In this document: positions 54,439 to 63,383 of the stretch, one piece after another
Layout: every line of letters begins with the position of its first letter
How positions within the stretch are numbered: the first letter of the stretch is position 1
Origin: an uncultured Christensenellaceae bacterium
Lineage (GTDB): Bacteria > Bacillota > Clostridia > Christensenellales > UMGS416
Length of the DNA stretch: 64,000 bases
Reading direction: 5' to 3'
Assembly: GCA_944376795.1 (NCBI GenBank)
Contig: CALWDW010000006.1
Span: 97,361 to 161,360 of the forward strand
Notes under the pieces: model-generated
What the model was told of the DNA's origin: nothing
Database searches by the model: none
Seen by the model: only the letters and a program-made list of their open reading frames with translations
Made by a program: the position numbers and the translations under genes

Positions 54439-55695
54439 TTACTTGGCCTCCTTTTTCCGGGGGAGCCCATACAGGATGGGATTGGTAATATTCATCCCGA
54501 TCATCAGCCGCATAATGAAGCGGGTCACAAACACGGCGGTAAACACCGAAGCCACAATGCCGATGGCCAGCGTAATGGCATATCCCTTGATGGTACCAGC
54601 CCCATAGAACAGCAGCACAAAGGCAGCGATCAGGGTGGTGATGTTGGAGTCAATAATGGTTACAAAGGCCTTCTTGAACGCGCTGTTACAGGCCGAACGG
54701 ACGGTCTTGCCCAGCGCCAGTTCCTCCTTAAAGCGCTCGAAGATGATGACGTTGGCATCCACGGCCATACCGACACCCAAGATGATGCCCGCAATTCCCG
54801 GCAAAGACAGCTGCACGCCCGGAATGACAGCCAGCAGGAACATCACCAGCATGATGTAGATCAAAAGCGCCATATCCGCGATGAAGCCGGGCAGACGGTA
54901 CACCACGATCATGAAGATCAAGATGCAGATGACCCCAATCAGGCCCGCCATAATGGAGCGATCCAGGGCATCCACGCCCAGGGTGGCGCTCATCGTGGAC
55001 AGGCTCAGCTGCGTCAGCTCCAAGGGCAGGGCGCCGCTGGAAATCAGCATAGCCAGTTCCTGGGCGCTGGACGCCGTAAAGGAACCGTTGATGTAGCCCG
55101 CACCATCGGTAATTGCCGTGTTCACAGTGGGCTCCGAGATGGTCTCCCCATCCAGCGTAATCCGGATCACCTGGCCGATATTGGCCTGGGTGGCTTCCGC
55201 AAAGGCCTGGGCTCCTTCGCTGTTGAGCTCAAACTGCACCACGTTCCCTTCGCCAGAGACGTAGGCAGCCTTAGCCGACGTTACCTGCTCGCCGGTGAGG
55301 ATAACCTCTCCGTCCGGTCCGACGAACTCCAGCTTAGCCGGGGTTCCAATGATCTCCAGCACCTTGGCCGGATCATCCACGTCGGGAATCTCCACACGGA
55401 TGCGGTTGGTTCCCTGCAGGCTTACCGTTGCCTCGGTGTAGCCCTGGGCATCCAGACGATTCCGCAGAATTTCCTGAGTAGACGCAAGCCTACTAGAAAA
55501 ATCCTCCACACCCTCGTCGCTGGCCTCATAGACCACGTAAACGCCGCCGCGAAGATCCAGGCCCAGGCTAATCGCCTGCCCAATGGGCTTAATATCATAG
55601 ATGCCCACCTGTGCACCGAAGACCTCCAGCAAGCCCACGCCCACGATTCCCACGACAATGGCTAGAAGAATCACGATCGCTGATTTCTTGCTCAT
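54439..55695 (-). CDS. secD: Protein translocase subunit SecD
   Basis: LGLDLRGGV, a periplasmic domain, and an RND-like TM bundle with AVDANVIIFERFKEE. Start at ATG 55695 after GAGGGAG. Confidence 0.9.
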   Translation of the reverse strand: MSKKSAIVILLAIVVGIVGVGLLEVFGAQVGIYDIKPIGQAISLGLDLRGGVYVVYEASDEGVEDFSSRLASTQEILRNRLDAQGYTEATVSLQGTNRIRVEIPDVDDPAKVLEIIGTPAKLEFVGPDGEVILTGEQVTSAKAAYVSGEGNVVQFELNSEGAQAFAEATQANIGQVIRITLDGETISEPTVNTAITDGAGYINGSFTASSAQELAMLISSGALPLELTQLSLSTMSATLGVDALDRSIMAGLIGVICILIFMIVVYRLPGFIADMALLIYIMLVMFLLAVIPGVQLSLPGIAGIILGVGMAVDANVIIFERFKEELALGKTVRSACNSAFKKAFVTIIDSNITTLIAAFVLLFYGAGTIKGYAITLAIGIVASVFTAVFVTRFIMRLMIGMNITNPILYGLPRKKEAK

Positions 55696-55766
55696 GTGTG
55701 CTCTCCCTCGCAATAATTGTAAACTAGGCGGTTATGAAAGCCTAAAGACATTCACCGGTTTATTAT

Positions 55767-55815
55767 ATAAAAACAGACCGGTTTCGTCAACTCGTTCTTT
55801 CCACACGAAACCGGT
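55767..55815 (-). terminator. Rho-independent terminator after the glycosyltransferase gene
   Basis: A perfect 11-bp stem ACCGGTTTCGT / ACGAAACCGGT (55777..55787 and 55805..55815). The minus-strand tail is CTGTTTTTAT. Confidence 0.6.
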
Positions 55816-55838
55816 TTATTTCTAGAAATCCGACGTCT

Positions 55839-57056
55839 TCACGGCGCTCCAACCCGCCGGTACAAATCAATATACCGCGCAATCTGCCGCCGTGCGTCAT
55901 AGTGCGCCTCCACATGGGCACGGCAGTTTTCCGAGAGGCCGTCCTGCTCTTTTCGCAGTTCCCGCGCCGCCTGGAGAAGCCCTTCCACGTCGCGCTGCTC
56001 CACAATCCGACCTACGGAGGGAACAATCTGCTCAGGGCATCCTCCGGTGCGGTAGGCGGCCACCGGCGTGCCGCAGGCCATGGCCTCCAGATTCACCGTG
56101 GGGAAGGTATCCTCCCAGGTTGGATTAACCAGAACGTCGGCTAAGGTATACCACGCCGCCAATGCGGCCAAATTCTCCGTGCGGGTCAGTCCCAGAATCT
56201 TCTTCGGCATGTCGGCTGCCTGGGACGGCGTCAGACCAATCACCACCAGCCGCTCATCTTCCCGCAGATGGGACGACATTTCCTTTAGGTCGCCCAGGCC
56301 CTTCTGCGGCGTCCAGACCCCTGCTACCCCCAGATAGATCCGCTGTCCCTCTAAGCCATGCTTTGCCCGCAAGGCTTGAACAGCCTCGTCTGCCTGGGGA
56401 AAAAACGCTGCAGTATTGATCCCGTTGGCGATAACCTCCACGGGGAAGCGGCCCATATACGACTCCTTCACCAAGGAAGCCAGCCACTGGGATGGCGTCA
56501 CCAGGCACGCAGAAGGAAGAGAAGTAAACATTGCCCGCTTCTGCTGGTAGTTTTTCTTTGAATGATCCATCACTAGGCTGGCGGGATAGCTCCCCTTCAA
56601 CGGGCACCGTCCGCAGCCTGTCTTCCACTTTTGACAATTTACATTGGCAAAATGGGCACAGTGCCCGGTAAAGGTCCAGCAGTCGTGCAGCGTCCACACC
56701 ACCGGTTTCCCGCATACCGCCAGCCATTCGAAAAGCATAGGCAGATACAGGTAATATCCATGAACATTGTGGAGATGAATTACATCGGGATCATAGGCCT
56801 GAGCCTCCGCTATGAGCCTGCGGCTGGTTGTCTTAGAATAAAAGCCCTGCCGGTCGGTAATCCGGCTAGCCACGCCGTGGAGGTTGACCAACAGATTGTT
56901 GCCAACACGGCGGCAGTCCACTCCGGCAGGCGTAGAGCCGCGGCCAAAGAGAATACGGCAGGCATGTCCATTTTCTTCCAGCATGTGGGCGATATCCACG
57001 GCAATCCGCCCCGTGCTGCCATAACCGCACACTGTGTTAATCTGGAGTACCTTCAT
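55839..57056 (-). CDS. GT-B fold glycosyltransferase (GT4-like)
   Basis: N-terminus MKVLQINTVCGYGSTGRI, with C-terminal NPTWEDTFPTVNLEAMACGTPVAAYRTGG (the EX7E region). Start at ATG 57056 after GAGGGAG. Confidence 0.85.
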   Translation of the reverse strand: MKVLQINTVCGYGSTGRIAVDIAHMLEENGHACRILFGRGSTPAGVDCRRVGNNLLVNLHGVASRITDRQGFYSKTTSRRLIAEAQAYDPDVIHLHNVHGYYLYLPMLFEWLAVCGKPVVWTLHDCWTFTGHCAHFANVNCQKWKTGCGRCPLKGSYPASLVMDHSKKNYQQKRAMFTSLPSACLVTPSQWLASLVKESYMGRFPVEVIANGINTAAFFPQADEAVQALRAKHGLEGQRIYLGVAGVWTPQKGLGDLKEMSSHLREDERLVVIGLTPSQAADMPKKILGLTRTENLAALAAWYTLADVLVNPTWEDTFPTVNLEAMACGTPVAAYRTGGCPEQIVPSVGRIVEQRDVEGLLQAARELRKEQDGLSENCRAHVEAHYDARRQIARYIDLYRRVGAP

Positions 57057-57125
57057 CCTGCTCTCCCTCTGCTTCGACCGCCGGCAACCCGGCGCAGCTG
57101 CCCTTTTCCGACATACCACATAATT

Positions 57126-57154
57126 ATTATACGCAAAAAACGTTTCGGGCGCAA
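57126..57154 (-). promoter_or_regulatory. Candidate sigma-A promoter for the glycosyltransferase gene (TTGCGC, 17 nt spacer, TATAAT)
   Basis: On the minus strand TTGCGC is at 57154..57149 and TATAAT at 57131..57126, about 70 nt upstream of ATG 57056. Confidence 0.4.
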
Positions 57155-57571
57155 GCCATCTTTCTTAAGGATGCTGTTGAAAACCGGGAACCTCTTGCTC
57201 ACAGTCCTGTTTTCTCCGGCAAAACCATCGGTCTGCTTCTCCCAATTATCCTCATCAGAGAAGCAAACTATCTCCGGCAGCGGCACGCGCAATCTTGCTG
57301 AGAAACCAGCCAGGCTCCCCGTAGCCTTCCGGGCCTGCGATTCATACGTTTGCGACAAAAGAAAGTCGCCCCCCGCATGGGAGGCGGCAAGCCATTCAAA
57401 ATCCTTGGTTTCCCGCAAGCTCCGACACCGCCGGTCAATTCCTCCCCGGCATCACCCTCCTACTGAAGCATACCCTTCCTGGCAAATCCGCGGGGGATAC
57501 ACGCCGCAACCTGTAGATCCATCGCAGACTCTTCTTCCCAGGAAAGATTCCTCCGATGACGATGCCCACTG

Positions 57572-58006
57572 TCAGGATGGCCCCTTGCCTCTCTGCGGCG
57601 CAGGAGCGCCGCGCAGAGCGCCCAAAAGGGCGGCCAGAAGGGCAGCGGCCAAATCTATCCACAGCAGCCAGCCGACAGCCCAAAGCCCAGTGACACAGGC
57701 CGTAAGCAAATAGCTGCAGCCTACCACCCCCAACGCCGCAAGGGCGGCGCAGGGCAGGCGCCGCTCTCCACAGTCGCGCAGGGATACCCATACGCCGGCC
57801 AGCATAGCCGCCAATAGAATCCCCTGGCCATATCCCATGGTACTGTGCCGGGCCGCCCGGCTAAGCCACAGCGCAAGCGATAGCACCGCCATGCCACCTG
57901 CTAGCACCGCCGCTCCTACTCCAATTCCTCGAAGCACTTGGATCCCCAAAGGACGTTCTGCCGGAGCCGCAGCAGCCTGCCGGCGTGTCCGCACCGCTCT
58001 TTTCAT
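57572..58006 (-). CDS. Small hydrophobic membrane protein, function unknown
   Basis: About 145 aa with four predicted TM helices rich in A/L/G. The start is uncertain: ATG 58006 lies 5 nt after GGGGGA, while the track uses GTG 58024. Confidence 0.5.
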   Translation of the reverse strand: MKRAVRTRRQAAAAPAERPLGIQVLRGIGVGAAVLAGGMAVLSLALWLSRAARHSTMGYGQGILLAAMLAGVWVSLRDCGERRLPCAALAALGVVGCSYLLTACVTGLWAVGWLLWIDLAAALLAALLGALRGAPAPQRGKGPS

Positions 58007-58073
58007 ACCCATCCCCCACATCACTCTTTTGAAATGATTCTATGCCAGGAATGGGAAGATAATGCTGTAAAGA

Positions 58074-58703
58074 CTATTTTCTCTTATTGCGGCCCTTTTT
58101 GATGGACTGCTTCCGGGCAAGGCGGGCATCGTTCCGCTGAATGATCAAATTCATGCGCCGACGCTGTGCGACACCGTTGGTATAGCCCCACCACGCAACC
58201 AAGCAGAACGCACAAGATAGAGCCATGAACAGATACGCCGGTACGCCGTTCTCAAAGAGCGTAAAGATATAAGCAATCATCATATACGCCGTCCGCAGCA
58301 ACATCTCCAGCCACAGCGCCGCCGGCGATCCTGCCAGCTGCATTCCCAGAAGAACCAATGCAGCCAGGAAGAAGGGAGTCTGGGCAATGGCCGCGGCAAC
58401 CAGCCCCTTGCGCGGATAGAAGGTGTGAGCAAAATCTTCGGGCTCCCGTCCTGCCCTCTCGTTTTGCTTGCGCGCAATTTCATCCATAGCCACGTCTTTG
58501 CTGCCCTTTACTGTGCAGTCCAGGAAAAGGAAGGTATAGCATATCCCGCAGCACAGCACGAGGATCATCCACTGGACAGCTGGATTCCCCGGCAGCACCC
58601 CCAGAAGGGTCGGCAGCAGCAGGAAGGTGATCAGCGATAGGATCAGCTGTACGATAAACAACCGCAGCGCAAAGCGCCAGTCCACTTTCTTCATTCGTTT
58701 CAT
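58074..58703 (-). CDS. Polytopic membrane protein, function unknown
   Basis: About 210 aa with 5-6 TM helices and a basic C-terminal tail (KKGRNKRK). The start is ATG 58703 or 58694. It overlaps the upstream stop. Confidence 0.6.
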   Translation of the reverse strand: MKRMKKVDWRFALRLFIVQLILSLITFLLLPTLLGVLPGNPAVQWMILVLCCGICYTFLFLDCTVKGSKDVAMDEIARKQNERAGREPEDFAHTFYPRKGLVAAAIAQTPFFLAALVLLGMQLAGSPAALWLEMLLRTAYMMIAYIFTLFENGVPAYLFMALSCAFCLVAWWGYTNGVAQRRRMNLIIQRNDARLARKQSIKKGRNKRK

Positions 58704-59290
58704 CCTTTCTGCGCGCCGTTCCGCAGTATCATTCCCGCCTCCGTAACCCATCCATCCATCGTCCTGTCCGTGGACTCCGCAGGAGTGCTCTCCGTGAACT
58801 GCACGCTGTAAGCCGCCGCCAAGGTTACGCCATGAAAATCCGGTCGGGCAATATATCGGTCGTAGTAGCCTCCGCCGTAACCCAACCGAACACCCGCGGC
58901 ATCAACCGCCAGACATGGCGCCAGCAGCAATGCGATCTCCCCGGCTTCTACCCTGGAACAGCAGGCCGGATCGGGCGCAAGGATGCCCCACTTCCCCGGC
59001 CGCAGTGCCTCCGGGGCCGCCACCACGTAGAACTCCATCTGTCCCGCCTCCGCCATACAGAGAGGATAGACAGTTCGTTTTCCAGCAGCGCGTGCCGCAC
59101 GAGCCACTGCGGATAGATCCACCTCGCTCCCCATCGCGCTGTACAGCGCCAGCACATCTGCCTGCCGGTAGAGAGGACTCGCCAAGATATGCCCGCATAT
59201 AGCGCAGGAAGCCGCCTGGCGCTCTCCCGGATCCATACCGTCCCGCCGAGTGCGCATGCTCCGACGCAGGGTCTTCTTCTCAAGCATCAT
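58700..59290 (-). CDS. 5-formyltetrahydrofolate cyclo-ligase
   Basis: LRRSMRTRR..., LYSAMGSEVDL, LLAPCLAVDAAGVRLGYGGGYYDR is the canonical 5-FCL motif set. It overlaps the alr stop by 11 nt. Confidence 0.85.
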   Translation of the reverse strand: MMLEKKTLRRSMRTRRDGMDPGERQAASCAICGHILASPLYRQADVLALYSAMGSEVDLSAVARAARAAGKRTVYPLCMAEAGQMEFYVVAAPEALRPGKWGILAPDPACCSRVEAGEIALLLAPCLAVDAAGVRLGYGGGYYDRYIARPDFHGVTLAAAYSVQFTESTPAESTDRTMDGWVTEAGMILRNGAQKG

Positions 59291-60389
59291 GATAGAAGCG
59301 GGGAACCCGGTGCCCGATGCCCGTCAGCACCTCATAATGGATGGTGTCCATCCACTGGGCCACCAGGTCGGCGGAGATCGTCTGCTCCCCCTGCCGCCCT
59401 ATGAGGACGACAGGATCGCCCTTCTTTACATCGGGAATCGCCGTCACATCCACCATGCACTGGTCCATGCAGATCCGACCCACCAAAGGCGCCTTTTCCC
59501 CATGAATCAGCACATAGCCCTTTCCCGCTAGGCAGCGCCGATAACCGTCGGCATAGCCTACGGGCAAGGTCGCCACCCGCATGAGCTTCTCCGCCGTATA
59601 GGTACACCCATATCCAATGCATTCACCAGGATAGACATCCTTCACATAGCTGACCTGGGTGTGCCAGGACAGCACCGGCTGCAGTTCCGGAATGGGCGTA
59701 GGCAAAGGACTGAGTCCATACAGCGCAATGCCAAAACGAAGTGCGTCATAGGGCACAGGGCCCTGTCCTACCGCCATTCCTGAATTGGCCAGGTGCACCA
59801 GGAGATGATCATAGCCTGCTTCCCGGAGCTGTGCAATCCCCTGTCGAAAGATCTCCTCCTGGTAGCGGTTATATGTACCCGAAGGATCGTCGGCCATGGC
59901 CAAGTGGCTAAAGGCGCCGGTGAGCTTTACCCGGGGGCAGTCCTCCAGCGCCCGGAGCACCGCTTCCATCTCTTTCCCCGGCCTGGCCCCGATGCGGTGC
60001 ATGCCGGTTTCAATTTTCAAATGCGCCTGCACCGTAGTATTCTGCAGCTGGGCGGCGCGCTCCAGCGCTCTGACCCCATCGGCGTCAAACACCGTCTGGA
60101 TTAAGCCGTAAGACACCACTTGGTCGGCATTGCTGTCAGGGGTAGCTCCCAGAATCAGCACCGGAGCGGTAATTCCTTCCGCGCGCAGGCGTACGCCCTC
60201 CTCGGAGAAGGCCACGGCCAGCATGCTGGCCCCTCCCTCCAGGGCGGCGTGCCCAATGGAAACCATACCGTGGCCATAGGCGTCCGCCTTGACCACGGCA
60301 ATGATCTGCACCTGCGGATGCAGGCGATGAATATAGGAAAGATTATGCCGGATAGCCGCCAGATCAATCTGGACATACGTTGCCTTCAA
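59280..60389 (-). CDS. alr: Alanine racemase
   Basis: PLP-lysine motif AVVKADAYGHG, and later GYADGY and VGRICMD. TTG start 5 nt after GGAGGA. Confidence 0.9.
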   Translation of the reverse strand: MKATYVQIDLAAIRHNLSYIHRLHPQVQIIAVVKADAYGHGMVSIGHAALEGGASMLAVAFSEEGVRLRAEGITAPVLILGATPDSNADQVVSYGLIQTVFDADGVRALERAAQLQNTTVQAHLKIETGMHRIGARPGKEMEAVLRALEDCPRVKLTGAFSHLAMADDPSGTYNRYQEEIFRQGIAQLREAGYDHLLVHLANSGMAVGQGPVPYDALRFGIALYGLSPLPTPIPELQPVLSWHTQVSYVKDVYPGECIGYGCTYTAEKLMRVATLPVGYADGYRRCLAGKGYVLIHGEKAPLVGRICMDQCMVDVTAIPDVKKGDPVVLIGRQGEQTISADLVAQWMDTIHYEVLTGIGHRVPRFYHDA

Positions 60390-60401
60390 TGTAATCCTCC
60401 G

Positions 60402-60839
60402 TTACAGTGATAGCTGCACCAGCTCCTGCTGGTTCAGCAGCTGGATCCCTGCCTGGCCCAGCACCTGGGAAGCCTTTTCCCCATCGTCCACCTTGCACAG
60501 AATGGCGGCCTTCCCCCCTACCGTCCGGTTGGTGGAGTACACATACTCTACGCCAATCTCCGCGCCGTGCAGCGCCTCCATGACGTCCGCCAATCCTCCC
60601 GGAACATCTACAGGCACGGAAACTGCCAGGATCGTGGTAATATTGGCGGTATAGCCTCCCTCCCGCAGGATAGCCACCGCCTTCTCTGGGTCCTGCACGA
60701 CGGCGCGCAGAATCCCGAACTGCGTCGTATCGGCAATGGATATCGCATACAGGTTCACGCCGGCCTGGGCCAGAAGCCGGGTTACATTGGCCAAACGCCC
60801 CTTGGAATTTTCCAGGAAAACCGAAATCTGCTTTACCAT
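60402..60839 (-). CDS. Tandem ACT-domain protein
   Basis: QISVFLENSKGRLANVTRLLAQAGVNLYAISIADTTQFGILRAVV plus a second ACT-like half. 145 aa. A candidate TTGTTT / 17 nt / TATAAT promoter lies upstream, with its -10 at 60879..60874. Confidence 0.8.
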   Translation of the reverse strand: MVKQISVFLENSKGRLANVTRLLAQAGVNLYAISIADTTQFGILRAVVQDPEKAVAILREGGYTANITTILAVSVPVDVPGGLADVMEALHGAEIGVEYVYSTNRTVGGKAAILCKVDDGEKASQVLGQAGIQLLNQQELVQLSL

Positions 60840-60939
60840 GCTATTCCCTCGCTTTCGAAAGAACTATACCCCATTATAATTCATACCCCGTGGGAAAACA
60901 AGCGAACGCGGAAATTTCTGCTCTTTGGGGCCACGTCCC

Positions 60940-61938
60940 TCAGCCCTGCCGCAGCACCTCCATCATCGACAGAATGTTCTCGGGCGGGACATCGCCCGGC
61001 ACGGCGTGGGTCGGCGCCGCCAGCAGCCCTCCATGGGGGAAAGAGTCCAATACATGCCGGGTAATGCCCCGAATCTCGTCCGGCGTGCGGTATGGCAGGT
61101 CCATCTGGGTGCTGATGCCGCCCCACACAGTAATTTTTCCAAAGAGCTTTTTGGCATAGTCGTAGCCATAGATCTCCGGCTGGAAGGTTTGGTACATGTT
61201 CAGCCCCATCTCGTGCAGTTCCTCCAGGATATCCCGGAGATCGCCACAGGAGTGCTGGGAAATAAACTTTCCCGAGGCCCGCACCCGGTCATACATCCGA
61301 GCCAGCCGCGGCTGGATGAACCGACGCCAATGGGGCGGGCCCATGATCAGCCCCCGCTGCTGCCCCCAGTCGTCGCCGAAGTGAAAGCAATCATAGTCGT
61401 AGCCCAGGGCAATGTCCAAAATGCGCAGGTTTCTCTCGCAGATCCTATCCAAGAGCTCGTCCACAAAGTCCGGATCCTCCAGCATATCACAGAGCAGATC
61501 AGACATGCCGCGAAGCGTCCAAGCCCGCTCGAATAAAGAGAACCCGATCATGGCTATCTTAAAGCTCTCTGCCGGCGCTTCCATCAGCTTCTCCATCTCG
61601 CCGCGGATAAAGCCTTCATCCACCGGGGGCAGCAGGAAATCCGCCAGCTTCTCCGGTGTGTCCAGCAGAGCCTGGTCAATGACGCCAATATCCTTATCCG
61701 CTCCCGACTTGTTCCATACAACGCCGAACTCATCCTCAAAGAACGCCGGGCGAAGCATCCGCTCGGGCTTGGTCAGGCTGACCACGCTGACATGGTTTCC
61801 CAAGGTCTGCAGATAATCCTCCCGCCCGGTGTAGGCAATCATTTTTTCCAGCATCTGCTGGGTAAAATCCACTTGGTATGGCACACGATCCGGCTTCTCA
61901 AAGCGCAGCGCCGCCAGCACACGTTCCCTGTAATTCAT
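60940..61938 (-). CDS. Uroporphyrinogen decarboxylase (URO-D) family protein, MtaA/CmuA-like fold
   Basis: 332 aa. N-terminus RERVLAALRFEKPDRVP, with FHFGDDWGQQRGL and SQHSCGD motifs of URO-D-family enzymes. Confidence 0.75.
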   Translation of the reverse strand: MNYRERVLAALRFEKPDRVPYQVDFTQQMLEKMIAYTGREDYLQTLGNHVSVVSLTKPERMLRPAFFEDEFGVVWNKSGADKDIGVIDQALLDTPEKLADFLLPPVDEGFIRGEMEKLMEAPAESFKIAMIGFSLFERAWTLRGMSDLLCDMLEDPDFVDELLDRICERNLRILDIALGYDYDCFHFGDDWGQQRGLIMGPPHWRRFIQPRLARMYDRVRASGKFISQHSCGDLRDILEELHEMGLNMYQTFQPEIYGYDYAKKLFGKITVWGGISTQMDLPYRTPDEIRGITRHVLDSFPHGGLLAAPTHAVPGDVPPENILSMMEVLRQG

Positions 61939-61963
61939 TATGGAGCCTCCCGCATTTTCCTAT

Positions 61964-62005
61964 GGAAATACAAAGAGGATTCTCCAGCTGCCCAAAGAAT
62001 CCTCT
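61964..62005 (-). terminator. Rho-independent terminator after pepC
   Basis: Stem AGAGGATTCT / AGAATCCTCT (61974..61983 and 61996..62005). The minus-strand tail is TTGTATTT. Confidence 0.55.
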
Positions 62006-62030
62006 CGCAATGTGTTGAATTTTAACCGCT

Positions 62031-63374
62031 CTACCGCATCTGCGCCAGGGAACCCATGGGATCCCAAGGCTTCAGGGCAATGGGCTCCTGCTCCAGCATG
62101 GCCCGCTGTGCCTCGGTGAGGTACTTCTTGTTCACCACCACCTGGTAGAGGTACTCGTTAAACCAGTCATCGGCCATAATGTATGCACCCTCGTTGCCCC
62201 GCTTATCGCCCCAGGAGTTCTCCACCTTCCAGCGGTTGGGGCGGCCGTCTTCGTCCAGGTTGACCCCCTGGAAGACCATGGCATGGGTCATCAGGCTGTC
62301 GCCATACATGAGCCGGTGGGCCTTATCCATTCCCAGGGGAGTTCCCAGCACACTGGCGTAGTCGAAGCCCTCCCGGTCCATGCTGCCCCAGTCCCCGTCC
62401 AGGAACTGGCCCACATCGCAGCCAAACCAGACCGGCTCGCCGGCCTGCATCTGGGCAATAGCCGCCGCCTTCAGCTCCTCAATAGGAAGGTTCAAGTAGC
62501 GCACCGGCTTGCCGCCCACGATATTGCCCAGGTACTCCACGGTAAAGGTCCTTCCATAGGGCTTATCCGGGGTGGGGGCATTGATAAGGCTGACGTAATC
62601 CGAAAGATCCCATCCTACATACTGGGCAAAGAATTCCTGGGGCGTCAGCCCTTGGATGCGGATGAAATTCTTATCCTTGTCCCGGCCTTCCCACACCACC
62701 TTCTGGGGCGGCTGGCCCAGGGCGATGGCCAAGATGGCATAGACTTCCTCCAGCATGGCCTCTTTCCGCGGGCGAAGGGCTTCGGCGCTCTCCCCCGCCT
62801 CATGGGCCTCCCGAAGCTGGGAGGCATATTCCCGAAGCTTGGCGGTGAGCAGCCGGCAGAGCATACCGGAATTGCCGCTGTGGAAGGTCTCCGGCATGCA
62901 TTCCTTGGGCACCACGCCGTACTTCATGACGATGGAGGCGTACATATCCCACTGGCCGCCATCCTGGACGGGCGCCGTCAGCAGATGCGCCAACAGGCGC
63001 CCCTCCAGCGGCTCATCCAGCGTGGCAAGGATCGACTCCAGGAAATAATTGGCCTTCTCCAGCTTATCATAAAAGAAAGAGTAGTTCTGGGAGAGCTCAA
63101 AGGTCTCCAGATTCAGTTTGCGCATGACAGGCACGCGCATGGTGTTCAACGCGGCAAACATCCAGCACCGGCCGGAAGCGTTCTGGTTGGTCAGCTTTCC
63201 GGTCTCCAGCTCCAGGGAATAGCTGTGGCGCATCCGGCGCCGCAGGTTCGCATCGCTGGCCGCGGCCGGAATGCCCGACTTGACCACGGCGTTCATTGCC
63301 AGGTGCTTGATGGGGTCGGACGCAAATCTGCGCGCCATGGTTTCCAGTTGTGCCTGGGTAATCTCCTTTTGCAT
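62031..63374 (-). CDS. pepC: Aminopeptidase C (C1-family cysteine peptidase, bleomycin-hydrolase type)
   Basis: Active-site QNASGRCWMFAALN, with later HAMVFQGV and ENSWG motifs. 447 aa. Confidence 0.9.
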   Translation of the reverse strand: MQKEITQAQLETMARRFASDPIKHLAMNAVVKSGIPAAASDANLRRRMRHSYSLELETGKLTNQNASGRCWMFAALNTMRVPVMRKLNLETFELSQNYSFFYDKLEKANYFLESILATLDEPLEGRLLAHLLTAPVQDGGQWDMYASIVMKYGVVPKECMPETFHSGNSGMLCRLLTAKLREYASQLREAHEAGESAEALRPRKEAMLEEVYAILAIALGQPPQKVVWEGRDKDKNFIRIQGLTPQEFFAQYVGWDLSDYVSLINAPTPDKPYGRTFTVEYLGNIVGGKPVRYLNLPIEELKAAAIAQMQAGEPVWFGCDVGQFLDGDWGSMDREGFDYASVLGTPLGMDKAHRLMYGDSLMTHAMVFQGVNLDEDGRPNRWKVENSWGDKRGNEGAYIMADDWFNEYLYQVVVNKKYLTEAQRAMLEQEPIALKPWDPMGSLAQMR

Positions 63375-63383
63375 GACTTCCTC

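Noticed and set aside
55751-55822. A repeated ACCGGTTTATT motif (about 55754 and 55810) around the secD upstream region
   Set aside because: The second copy is simply the arm and tail of the terminator hairpin. There are two short copies only, with no further pattern.
57053-57418. A 121-aa minus-strand ORF as a real gene
   Set aside because: It has a TTG start without a usable RBS. Its last ~30 codons overlap the TATAAT promoter and the RBS of the glycosyltransferase gene. It is kept only as a possible remnant (see findings).
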